IMG/VR virus record: IMGVR_UViG_3300035533_000009 | Coordinates: 1 to 56,975 of that record | Source: a virus | Direction: 5' to 3' (one strand) | Length of the DNA: 56,975 nucleotides | Part shown: piece by piece, positions 43,190-51,170 of the stretch | Layout of the letters: each line of letters starts with the position of its first letter | Numbering within the stretch: position 1 is the stretch's first letter | The notes under the pieces: generated by a model | The model's database searches: none | The model's input: the letters and a program-made list of their open reading frames with translations, nothing else | What the model was told of the DNA's origin: nothing | Program-made: the position numbers and the translations under genes

Positions 43190-44293
43190 ATGGATAGTGC
43201 CGAAGAATTTACAACACTTGAATGGTGCGCAGGGTACGGAGGAATACAGCTTGGACTTAGAAGAGCTATCCCGAATATGCGAACAATCGCTTATAGCGAG
43301 ATCGAAGCCTTCGCTTGCGCGAACTTGGTTGCGAAGATGGAAGCGAGAAAGTTGGATGCAGCACCTATATGGCCGGATCTTAAAACCTTCCCAAGCGCAG
43401 AGTTTCACGGAAAAGTGGACTTGCTTGTTGCCGGATACCCGTGCCAGCCATTCAGCAGCGCAGGAAAACGCGGAGGAGCAAACGACCCCCGCCACCTATG
43501 GCCGTACATACGAGACGCAATTAGGCTTATTCAGCCCCGATACTGCTTCTTTGAAAACGTCGATGGACACATATCGCTTGGACTCTCCACAGTCCTCAGC
43601 GATTTGGAAGAAGATGGTTACCGAGCAACGTTTGGAATATTCAGCGCGGAAGAATGCGGCGCTCCACACCGCAGAAAGCGGGTGTTTATCCTCGCAAAAA
43701 GGATGGGCAACCCCTCAAGCGTTCGATTGTGTGGACATGGTACGGACGGAGGAGAAGTTACGCCAGACACGGATAGAGAAAAACGCAGGGTGCATGAACC
43801 TGCGGGAGCAAGTGCATTACCCGAACATGAACCACAGCCGGAAGCAATGGCCGACAATCAGTGTAAACGAATCGAAAAACTCGGTAGGGAAGTCACAGCT
43901 AAACCGGAACAGTATACCTCTAGGAACTATGGCAGCAATGCTTGGCCCGCAAGACCGGGAGAACCGCAATATGAGTGGGAGCCACCAAGAGTTGTGGAGA
44001 ACCCCGTCAACGTGCGAAAATGTTGGGGGGCAAATGTCGGAAGTGGAGGCGCGCGAAAACAACAGGACTGTCAAGTTGAGGTATCAGGTGGAACAGGCAA
44101 AGATAGGAAGCCAATCGAGTGCCAGACTCAACCCACGATGGGTGGAAACCCTAATGGGCTTACCCGTGGGATGGACTATGCCGAGTTGTGCCGAACCTGT
44201 GACAATCGTACCGACGAACTGCGATTGTTGGGAAACGGTATCGTGCCTGCAACAGCAGAGCGGGCATGGCGGGTGTTGTATGGGAGGCTGTGA
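43190..44293 (+). CDS. DNA (cytosine-5)-methyltransferase
   Basis: Motif I LEWCAGYGG, motif IV GYPCQPFS, motif VI FFENV and motif X LLGNGIVP, in canonical order. Confidence 0.9.
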   Translation: MDSAEEFTTLEWCAGYGGIQLGLRRAIPNMRTIAYSEIEAFACANLVAKMEARKLDAAPIWPDLKTFPSAEFHGKVDLLVAGYPCQPFSSAGKRGGANDPRHLWPYIRDAIRLIQPRYCFFENVDGHISLGLSTVLSDLEEDGYRATFGIFSAEECGAPHRRKRVFILAKRMGNPSSVRLCGHGTDGGEVTPDTDREKRRVHEPAGASALPEHEPQPEAMADNQCKRIEKLGREVTAKPEQYTSRNYGSNAWPARPGEPQYEWEPPRVVENPVNVRKCWGANVGSGGARKQQDCQVEVSGGTGKDRKPIECQTQPTMGGNPNGLTRGMDYAELCRTCDNRTDELRLLGNGIVPATAERAWRVLYGRL

Positions 44294-44580
44294 TGAACTT
44301 CAAGCAAAAAAAATGGCGCAATAAAAAATACCTGGCTTACGTGCGCTCCCAGCCCTGCGCAATCTGCGGCAGACCGTCCGACCACGCGCATCACATCATA
44401 GGTATAGGTGGCATGGGCGGCATGGGCACCAAGGCCCCGGATCACATGACAATGCCCCTTTGTGCAGCTCACCACCTTGCCATGCACAACAGTGATTACC
44501 CCTGGAGCGACCAGTGGGAGTATATAGCCCGAACCCTGGGCAGGGCGATAGATGAGGGGGTGCTGGATGTTAAAAACTGA
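44293..44580 (+). CDS. YbcO/DUF968-like putative zinc-binding nuclease
   Basis: PCAICG...HAHHI...GMGTKAPDHMTMPLCAAHH..MH. ATGA-type overlap with the Dcm stop. Confidence 0.5.
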   Translation: MNFKQKKWRNKKYLAYVRSQPCAICGRPSDHAHHIIGIGGMGGMGTKAPDHMTMPLCAAHHLAMHNSDYPWSDQWEYIARTLGRAIDEGVLDVKN

Positions 44581-44696
44581 GGTAGACCCCAAATATTGCA
44601 AAGAATTTTGCAGCGCCGGGCGGTTTATTGAGAAACGCGGATGTGCGGCAAGCGGAGGTGAGGAATGTCCGAACAAGAGTGCAAGGAGGAAAAGGC

Positions 44697-44975
44697 ATGG
44701 CGGATAAAGCATGGAAGAAGTTTGAAAGACTAGCAGCGTCGTATTTCGGCGGTAAGCGTTGCCCCGTCCTGGGTGATGATACCAAAGCCGATGTCAACCA
44801 CGAGACGCTATATATAGAGTGCAAGAAGCGCAAAAAGCACAGCGTTGTCACATTGTGGGATTCGGTCAAGGTACGTGCCAAGAAGGAAAACAAGACGCCG
44901 GTGGTGTGTCTGTCGGAGAATGGCAGGCCGGGTTTCTGGATTGTGGTTCATTCAGATGATTTAACAAAACTGTGA
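44697..44975 (+). CDS. Small PD-(D/E)xK nuclease (Holliday-junction-resolvase-like)
   Basis: D-x7-ECK arrangement (GDDTKADVNHETLYIECKKRK). AAGGAGG RBS before ATG 44697. Confidence 0.45.
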   Translation: MADKAWKKFERLAASYFGGKRCPVLGDDTKADVNHETLYIECKKRKKHSVVTLWDSVKVRAKKENKTPVVCLSENGRPGFWIVVHSDDLTKL

Positions 44976-45958
44976 ATGATTGCAAGGAAAACAGAGGTGC
45001 GACATTGATACAGATAAATAATTGGTCGTCATTTCAATCATACAAAGACAGGAAGCCGCCCTGGATCAGATTCCATAAGTCTCTGCTGGATAATTTCGAG
45101 TACCAGTGTATGAGCGCAGAGGCGAGGGCGCTACTTCCGATGCTGTGGTTGCTTGCAAGCGAAGATGAAGATCCTACATCCGGTTTGATCCGTGACGGAT
45201 TGGACAAAATAGCCTTCAGGCTTAGGTTGTCGCGACAAGTTGTCGAGGATGGGGTCGCCGAATGTGAGGCAAACGGATTTATTGAGCAAAAACAGTCATG
45301 TAACGAATCCGTAACGGGAGCGTTACAAAACCGTATCTCAACCGTAACCCCAGAGACAGAGACAGAGACAGAGACAGAGACAGAGACAGAGAAGAACACT
45401 CCCGACAACTCTGCCGAGAAGTCGGCCCCGCCATGGCGAGAGGAGTTTGCACCCGAGGTCGTGGAGTTTGTCGAGCAGTTCCAGGGATACGTTGCGCAGA
45501 CGCAAGGAGCGAAGGCCCCGAAGGTCAATGACACCCTGCTGAAAACCTGTGCAGACACGGTGGAGAAGCTGACCCGGATTGACAGCCACAGCTTGACAAC
45601 GGTGGTGGACGTGATGCGCTGGGCGGTGGCAGACGAGTTCTGGTCGAGCAACGTGCTGTCACTCGCAAGCCTGCGGAAAAAGAAAGAGGCGGGTGGACAG
45701 ACGAAATTTCAAAAGATTTTAGCAGCTTATGAGCGTACATCGGTTACATCGTCGGACGTGCTGAACGAAATGGTAAGGAGGGTTGAAGGTGGAAAACGAA
45801 ATGAGACAGAAGGCGTTTGCGCTGATATTAAAACGATTGCTCCGCATAGCGGAACTGGCCCCACACGGTACGCCGGGGCCGAAGCAGATACAGGCAACTG
45901 CGGAGCGCTGGCTGGAGGTTGTGGAGCGCAAGCAGGGGGGGACCTGGATCGCTGGTGA
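44972..45958 (+). CDS. Replication organiser/initiator-like protein
   Basis: The N-terminus PPWIRFHKSLLDNFEYQCMSAEARALLPMLWLLAS is followed by an (ET)n linker. The C-terminus EFWSSNVLSLASLRKKKEAGGQTKFQKIL is typical of phage replication-organiser proteins. The last ~55 codons overlap the next gene. Confidence 0.5.
   Translation: MNDCKENRGATLIQINNWSSFQSYKDRKPPWIRFHKSLLDNFEYQCMSAEARALLPMLWLLASEDEDPTSGLIRDGLDKIAFRLRLSRQVVEDGVAECEANGFIEQKQSCNESVTGALQNRISTVTPETETETETETETEKNTPDNSAEKSAPPWREEFAPEVVEFVEQFQGYVAQTQGAKAPKVNDTLLKTCADTVEKLTRIDSHSLTTVVDVMRWAVADEFWSSNVLSLASLRKKKEAGGQTKFQKILAAYERTSVTSSDVLNEMVRRVEGGKRNETEGVCADIKTIAPHSGTGPTRYAGAEADTGNCGALAGGCGAQAGGDLDRW
45351..45392 (+). repeat. (CAGAGA)7 hexanucleotide microsatellite, in frame (encodes ETETETETETETE)
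   Basis: Seven perfect tandem units read directly from the sequence. Confidence 0.95.
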
Positions 45959-46166
45959 TGGACAGCGGATTTCTGAGGCGTTCGACGAGCTGGAAGTGCA
46001 GGTAGTTCACTGGCCGATGCCCTCGCACCTGCTGAAACTGATGCCGCCGCGCAAGTCGGGCGGAGTGCTGCCGTTCCCGGAGCGCACCGAGGAGGAATGT
46101 CAGGAAGGGTTCGAAAAAATCCGCGCGATCCGGAAGAAGATCAGCGAAGGTATGACAATCCACTGA
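45801..46166 (+). CDS. Hypothetical protein (121 aa), possible replication accessory protein
   Basis: ATG 45801 follows GAAGGTGGA. It lies in the +1 frame relative to, and overlapping, the 3' end of ORF 44972..45958. Confidence 0.5.
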   Translation: MRQKAFALILKRLLRIAELAPHGTPGPKQIQATAERWLEVVERKQGGTWIAGDGQRISEAFDELEVQVVHWPMPSHLLKLMPPRKSGGVLPFPERTEEECQEGFEKIRAIRKKISEGMTIH

Positions 46167-46256
46167 CTGACAGCATGACGGAATAGCGGAAAAAAGAGCA
46201 AAACACCGCCCAGAATCGAAGAACTAAGTCCTGGATATACGTTGGCATAGGTAAGC

Positions 46257-46607
46257 ATGAGAAAGTGGCTCAGAATGGAAATCAGGATGTGGAAAAGAAC
46301 TCAGGCCGGGATCGTGCCGGTGGAGGTTGAGGATATGCGAGACTTGGAAACGCTGGTCGAGATGATGCGCGACTCTGACGGGATCGTGCAAGTAAAGCGC
46401 GGCGAGCATGTAGCGTACCGGGTGTTTTCGCAACGTGGATACCATGAAGCAATGCGCAAGGGTGACGGCGGCGTGAGCATCATAGACGAACGAAAGTTTG
46501 AAGCATTTTTATCAGATTATCTTAACGAGGAACACGCGCAAGCGATGGAAATGTTGGCGAGAGAATTGCCGGAATTTAATATTTCAACAGGACTGGAGGT
46601 TGAGTGA
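46257..46607 (+). CDS. Hypothetical protein (116 aa)
   Basis: ORF only. Confidence 0.45.
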   Translation: MRKWLRMEIRMWKRTQAGIVPVEVEDMRDLETLVEMMRDSDGIVQVKRGEHVAYRVFSQRGYHEAMRKGDGGVSIIDERKFEAFLSDYLNEEHAQAMEMLARELPEFNISTGLEVE

Positions 46608-46853
46608 TGCGGATAGCAGATAAGTGTACTAAGTTGAGTTGCGGTAAGCCGCCGAAGGCGGCGTAAGGCAAAGGAGAAAATAATGGCAAAATCAAAGTAT
46701 GCGTACAGATGCCCGCTACATCCTTCCCAACGCCGCATGTACAAACATCACGATAACAGTCAACGCCGCCGAGCTCCGGCACATGATGCGGCAACGTCTC
46801 TGTAATCGGGCGCAATGTAAAACCCGAAACCGAAAAGATAAGGATAGCAGACC

Positions 46854-47378
46854 ATGATCCTCTCAGACATAGACATCGAACAGCAATTAAACGAGCAGCG
46901 TATTGGAATAGAACCATACACCATCGCCCGTCTCAATCCCAATTCCTATAATTTAACCCTGGCACCCAGGCTTCTGATGTATACCGCGCCGATACTTGAT
47001 TCGCGCACGGCAAACCCCACCGTAGAGATCAGCATTCCAGATTCCGGCATGGTGCTGGAACCCGGGCGCCTGTACCTTGGCTCCACCAATGAGACCACCA
47101 ATACACCGTATCATGTGCCCCTGGTGGAAGGGCGGTCATCGCTGGGACGTCTCGGTCTTTTTGTCCATGTTTCCGCAGGCTTCGGCGATGTCGGCTTCAA
47201 CGGACGCTGGACCCTGGAGCTTGCCGCCCTTCACCCTATCAAAATCTATCCCGGTATGGAGATATGCCAGATATATTTCAACGAGGTGCGCACCCACCCC
47301 CGCCAGGAATACAAGGGCAAATATCAGCACGCGGTAGAAGCGGTGGCTAGTAAATTGTATGAAGATTTCAGGGAATAA
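46854..47378 (+). CDS. dcd: dCTP deaminase
   Basis: MILSDIDI...NSYNLTL...[31 protein letters not shown] is the Dcd/dUTPase-superfamily signature. Confidence 0.85.
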   Translation: MILSDIDIEQQLNEQRIGIEPYTIARLNPNSYNLTLAPRLLMYTAPILDSRTANPTVEISIPDSGMVLEPGRLYLGSTNETTNTPYHVPLVEGRSSLGRLGLFVHVSAGFGDVGFNGRWTLELAALHPIKIYPGMEICQIYFNEVRTHPRQEYKGKYQHAVEAVASKLYEDFRE

Positions 47379-47390
47379 GGAGGTTTAGTT

Positions 47391-47576
47391 ATGGCACTGT
47401 CACCCGAAAAAGCATTACAACTGTTGGCAGCAGGAGAAAAACTAAGGAGGAGCGATTGGGACGATTTTAGGTACGTTTACTGCTCTCCTTGTACGGATTG
47501 GCATATTACGGATGAAAACGGTAATGATCATCACATTGCTGATTTCAATGATTTTGAAGTTTACGAAGAAGGATAA
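47391..47576 (+). CDS. Hypothetical small protein (possibly a short DUF2829-like domain)
   Basis: EKALQLLAAGEKLRRSDW resembles the start of DUF2829. Weak. Confidence 0.4.
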   Translation: MALSPEKALQLLAAGEKLRRSDWDDFRYVYCSPCTDWHITDENGNDHHIADFNDFEVYEEG

Positions 47577-47582
47577 AATTAT

Positions 47583-47855
47583 ATGAAAAGGAATAAACCT
47601 GTTGGAGTCATCTTGCAATGCAAATCGTACACAATTGTCGATGATTGCATGACATGGCCCAGCTATGACCAAAGTGAATTAGAATGGCAATTACGCTATG
47701 GCTCTGAGCAATATTTAATAGCTGCCAGACTGAAATTAGCATCAATAGTGAGTGCTTACAAAGAACTGATTGGGATGCCGCAAAACAGCCGGGATGATAT
47801 TTGTTACGCAATACGCGAAGCAAAAGAGATGGAAGCACAGATAGTGGAAAAATAG
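47583..47855 (+). CDS. Hypothetical protein (90 aa)
   Basis: ORF in the AT-richer accessory block. Confidence 0.45.
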   Translation: MKRNKPVGVILQCKSYTIVDDCMTWPSYDQSELEWQLRYGSEQYLIAARLKLASIVSAYKELIGMPQNSRDDICYAIREAKEMEAQIVEK

Positions 47856-47868
47856 AAAGGACAAATAG

Positions 47869-48186
47869 ATGTTAATACACGACACTAAAGAAGTTTACCG
47901 GCGTAAAGTAGAGACAGCAGTCGGCGAAGATGCCAGCGCAGAAGATGTATTAGATTATCTCTTTGGCAAATATGGTGAGCGAAGAGAAGCTAATTTTGTA
48001 ATACGAGAATGGATTAAGCCGACACAAAACAGAGTACAACGCATAAATACAGTGTGGGTATGCCTGCTAACCATATTTTTAGCCCCTGTTCGCTATATAA
48101 TTTACGGACAAGTCCGGTGGTCAGACAAGACTAGATTCGGAAAATGGTTACTGAAAATTACCGGAAACATGAAGGAGATAAACTAA
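47869..48186 (+). CDS. Hypothetical protein with one TM segment (105 aa)
   Basis: Hydrophobic stretch VWVCLLTIFLAPVRYIIY. Confidence 0.45.
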   Translation: MLIHDTKEVYRRKVETAVGEDASAEDVLDYLFGKYGERREANFVIREWIKPTQNRVQRINTVWVCLLTIFLAPVRYIIYGQVRWSDKTRFGKWLLKITGNMKEIN

Positions 48187-48432
48187 TGAGTTACAAACAA
48201 TGCCCATTTTGTGGTGAAAAGAATATACAAAGAGGCTATGGAATAGACCTTGGATCGGTTGCCCAAATTGCCAATATTGGATCAGAGGAAATTCTTGCGT
48301 CAAGCAATGGAATACAAGATTTTATGAAAAAAAATAAACGAATTACAAGCAAAAGCAGACGCCGAAGTGCTGCGGTGTGCTGAAAAAATATATCAAGAAT
48401 ACTTTTATGACAATGACGATGAAAAGCAATGA
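48186..48432 (+). pseudogene. Lar-like restriction-alleviation zinc-ribbon gene spread over three reading frames
   Basis: Frame 0 reads MSYKQCPFCGEKNIQRGYGI. The -1 frame reads PWIGCPNCQYWIRGNSCVKQWNTRFYEKK-stop. A further -1 frame after the A8 run (48327-34) reads INELQAKADAEVLRCAEKIYQEYFYDNDDEKQ and ends in an ATGA overlap with the next gene. CPFCG...C..C...WNxR is the Lar-family pattern as recalled. Confidence 0.45.
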
Positions 48433-48656
48433 GACATAACAGACTACTTGTCCGGTTTGGCGACCGGGAAGAAACGATTTATAGCGCAGAATTGTATCTG
48501 TTACGCAAGATCGCAGAGACGAGCAGCGACATGGTGAAAGCCCGTGATTGGGAAGAATTTCGTGTTGCGTGTGGCGGACAGGAAAAGCTGGACAAAGCCC
48601 ACGCGGATGCGCTGCGCGAATACGAACAATGGCTGGCTGAAAGAGGCGAAGAGTGA
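48429..48656 (+). CDS. Hypothetical protein (75 aa)
   Basis: ORF with ATGA coupling upstream and a GTGA overlap downstream. Confidence 0.5.
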   Translation: MRHNRLLVRFGDREETIYSAELYLLRKIAETSSDMVKARDWEEFRVACGGQEKLDKAHADALREYEQWLAERGEE

Positions 48657-48907
48657 TACGCAGATGGTATGAAATAACTTGTGATTATTGCGGTTGTGCA
48701 TCTCATTATAAGGGCGCCGCAGCTGCGGCAAGCCTTGGAAAGGATAACCGATGCAATGCCCTCAATGTGAAAAAGAGACAGAGCATAGACACGTACACGA
48801 CTGCATACATGGTCTACCCTACTGTCACATGGCGGATAGCGAGCGGTATGAGTGTCTTGTATGTGGTTATGCAGTTTATAAACACGTGGGAGAGCAGCAA
48901 GGATTAA
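48653..48907 (+). CDS. Hypothetical ORF; only the first ~33 codons look coding (RWYEITCDYCGCASHY)
   Basis: GTG start overlapping the previous stop. Its 3' two-thirds overlap a better zinc-ribbon ORF in another frame. Confidence 0.3.
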   Translation: MIRRWYEITCDYCGCASHYKGAAAAASLGKDNRCNALNVKKRQSIDTYTTAYMVYPTVTWRIASGMSVLYVVMQFINTWESSKD

Positions 48908-48924
48908 AATACATCTTGGATTAA
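48751..48924 (+). CDS. Zinc-ribbon protein (57 aa)
   Basis: MQCPQCEKETEHRHVHDCIHGLPYCHMADSERYECLVCGYAVYKH..., with paired CxxC motifs. Below the track cut-off. Confidence 0.45.
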   Translation: MQCPQCEKETEHRHVHDCIHGLPYCHMADSERYECLVCGYAVYKHVGEQQGLKYILD

Positions 48925-48951
48925 CTGGAAAATACATTTGGAGGACTGTAA

Positions 48952-49194
48952 ATGAATCAAATACGATTGAATGGCCCGGAAACACTACCGACAAACGGTC
49001 AGCAGATATTGTTGTTTTTGCATGACGGAACAGTTTGTAGTGCGTGGTTTTCTAATGTTGCTCCGGAGAACGACGCGAAAGACGACGGCGAGTATGATTG
49101 GATATGTTGTGAAGATAGGTTCTTGATAGATGGTCACGACACGCACCTTATTCGGGGTTGGCTGCCGTTATGCTATTTTGAGGGGTTTGTATGA
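48952..49194 (+). CDS. DUF551-like protein
   Basis: ETLPTNGQQILLFLHDGTV...HLIRGWLPL resembles the DUF551 pattern (..P....vlv....W.PLP). Confidence 0.45.
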   Translation: MNQIRLNGPETLPTNGQQILLFLHDGTVCSAWFSNVAPENDAKDDGEYDWICCEDRFLIDGHDTHLIRGWLPLCYFEGFV

Positions 49195-49451
49195 TAACGT
49201 CCTGTAACCACAGCGAGAATATTATTTGCGGTTCTTGCCTGATGAAAAATCACCAAGAGAAGCAGGTTGTTGAAAATTTGTTGCGAGGCGAACTACTAAG
49301 ACGGACGTTGCCGTATCTGGAAGCGTCGTTGCTCGGGAGGTTATACTCGGAAATGCAAGGGGCGCACAATAATAAAGCACTGCATAAAGCACTTGAGCAA
49401 GAATGTTCAGACCTTGAAACACTCATTGAGGAAATAAAGGAGACAACATGA
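49191..49451 (+). CDS. Hypothetical protein (86 aa)
   Basis: ATGA overlap with the previous ORF. Confidence 0.5.
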   Translation: MITSCNHSENIICGSCLMKNHQEKQVVENLLRGELLRRTLPYLEASLLGRLYSEMQGAHNNKALHKALEQECSDLETLIEEIKETT

Positions 49452-49615
49452 ATTGTCCAAAATGCGGGTCAAAGATTATTGAGAACGACAGAAACCCAAA
49501 TGTGCATTACTCGTCTCCGCAAGAAATTTGCTGGCGGTGCAAAGCAGAAGAAAAAGCCCCGATAGGGGCGTGGTTGCAAAGAAAAGACGGATCATATTAT
49601 CAAAAGTGGAAATGA
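49448..49615 (+). CDS. Zinc-ribbon protein (55 aa)
   Basis: MNCPKCGSKII...ICWRCKAEE, with ATGA overlap upstream. Below the track cut-off. Confidence 0.45.
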   Translation: MNCPKCGSKIIENDRNPNVHYSSPQEICWRCKAEEKAPIGAWLQRKDGSYYQKWK

Positions 49616-49690
49616 GCACAAGCAAACTAACGATTGAGTTAAAGCGCCGAAGGAGGGGTGAGAAAATAGCTTGATTTAGCCTGAACAATC

Positions 49691-49719
49691 TTGCACAAAT
49701 GCCTGAAATTTGGTAGTAT
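49691..49719 (+). promoter_or_regulatory. sigma70-like promoter TTGCAC-17 nt-TAGTAT abutting the left end of IS element 1
   Basis: Hexamers and a 17-nt spacer read directly. The predicted start site falls at about 49726, the IS boundary. Confidence 0.45.
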
Positions 49720-49726
49720 TATTGAT

Positions 49727-51100
49727 CCAATGCGCGTCAAACCTCGCCCTTCAGGGCGAGGAAGGATAGCGCGAACCGCGAAGGGTTTTTGTTTGACAGG
49801 GTATAAATAAGGTGTTAAACTATGTGGCATGAATACCGTACAGCGTGCCTACAAATACCGCTTCTATCCGACGCCCGAGCAGGCCGAACAGCTTGCGCGG
49901 ACGTTTGGCTGTACGCGCTTCGTCTACAACCACTTCCTGCGGGTACGCATCGACGCCTGGTACGAGCACCAGCAGCGGGTCGGATACAACGACACTGCCA
50001 AGCAGCTTACCGAACTGAAAAAGCAGCCGGAAACGTTGTGGCTTCAGGATGTGTCGAACGTCTGCCTTCAGCAGTCGCTGCGCAACCTCGACGCGGCGTT
50101 CAGGAACTTCTTTCAGGGTCGTGCCAAGTACCCGACCTTCAAGAAGAAGCATGCGCGTCAGTCGGTCCGCTACACGACCAACGGTTTTTCGTACCGCGAC
50201 GGGCAGATCAAGCTGGCCAAGCACAAGGAACCGCTGAACATTCGCTGGAGCCGTCGTTTCACCGGGACGCCATCCAATGTCACTGTGAGCAAGGACAGCG
50301 CAGGCCGCTATCACATATCTATCCTCGTCGAGGAAGCAATAGAGGCGCTGCCGATCAGCCGGAAGGAGTGCGGCATCGACCTTGGCCTCACGCACGCGGT
50401 CATTACAAGCAACGGACGCAAGGTCAACAATCACCAATATATCAAGCAATCCGAGAAAAAACTGGCTCGCGCCCAGCGCCGCCTGTCACGCAAGAAGAAG
50501 GGGTCAGCCAACCGCGCCAAGGCAAAACTCAAGGTTGCACGTATCCACGCCAGGATCGCCGACCAGCGTCGAGACTTCGCGCACAAGCTAACCACGCAGC
50601 TAATTCGCGAGAACCAAGTAGTGGCTGCGGAAAGCCTGCAAGTGAAGAATATGCTCAAGAATCGCTCGCTGGCGAAAGCCATCAGCAACGTGGGGTGGCA
50701 TCAGCTCACCACTATGCTTGCGTACAAGGCGCAATGGTACGGGCGAGACTTTATTCAGATCGACAAGTTCTACCCGTCGAGCAAGCGTTGCCATGTCTGC
50801 GGTCACATTTCCGACGCGATGCCACTATCGGTCAGACATTGGGACTGCCCAGCCTGCGGCTCCCATCACGACCGCGACGTCAACGCTGCGAAGAACATCC
50901 TCGAGGCAGGCAAGGCCATCATGGCCGGTGCCGACAAGCTGCGAGAGCACGAGAAAACTACCGTGGGGCGCACGGGAGGTTAAGCCTGTGGAGTCTGTGT
51001 CAGCCTCTGAGGGCAATCCCAAGGAGCAACGGACTATGAAGCAGGAACCTGGAAGGCGACAACCAGGAATCCCCTTCCTTCAGGGAGGGGAGGACGTCAA
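49727..51100 (+). mobile_element. TnpB-only IS200/IS605-family element 1 (no tnpA)
   Basis: The LE hairpin CCTCGCCC-TTCA-GGGCGAGG (49742-61) lies 15 nt after TTGAT (49722-26). The RE hairpin CCCCTTCC-TTCA-GGGAGGGG (51071-90) is followed by 10 nt ending in TCAA. The last 36 nt are identical to element 2. Confidence 0.8.
49829..50983 (+). CDS. tnpB: TnpB RNA-guided nuclease (IS605 OrfB family)
   Basis: YKYRFYPTPEQ N-terminus; RuvC residues in GIDLGLTH, VAAESLQVKNM and HDRDVNAAKNI; zinc ribbon CHVCGH...CPACG. Confidence 0.9.
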   Translation: MNTVQRAYKYRFYPTPEQAEQLARTFGCTRFVYNHFLRVRIDAWYEHQQRVGYNDTAKQLTELKKQPETLWLQDVSNVCLQQSLRNLDAAFRNFFQGRAKYPTFKKKHARQSVRYTTNGFSYRDGQIKLAKHKEPLNIRWSRRFTGTPSNVTVSKDSAGRYHISILVEEAIEALPISRKECGIDLGLTHAVITSNGRKVNNHQYIKQSEKKLARAQRRLSRKKKGSANRAKAKLKVARIHARIADQRRDFAHKLTTQLIRENQVVAAESLQVKNMLKNRSLAKAISNVGWHQLTTMLAYKAQWYGRDFIQIDKFYPSSKRCHVCGHISDAMPLSVRHWDCPACGSHHDRDVNAAKNILEAGKAIMAGADKLREHEKTTVGRTGG

Positions 51101-51140
51101 GTGTGGCCCTTCTTCTCTTGGACATACACCTCCTTTCTTG

Positions 51141-51165
51141 CCCCCTCGAAAGAGGGGGACTTTTT
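51141..51165. terminator. Intrinsic terminator (+ strand T-run) between IS element 1 and the end of the minus-strand operon
   Basis: CCCCCTC-GAAA-GAGGGGG followed by ACTTTTT. Confidence 0.6.
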
Positions 51166-51170
51166 AAGGA

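Noticed and set aside
43143-44324. 393-aa ORF overlapping the C5-methyltransferase gene in another frame
   Set aside because: The 43190..44293 frame carries all canonical C5-MTase motifs in order. The alternative frame has none and is a shadow ORF.
49822-51039. 405-aa Arg-rich ORF overlapping tnpB-1
   Set aside because: It is a shadow frame of a GC-rich gene. The 49829..50983 frame has the TnpB RuvC and zinc-ribbon motifs.
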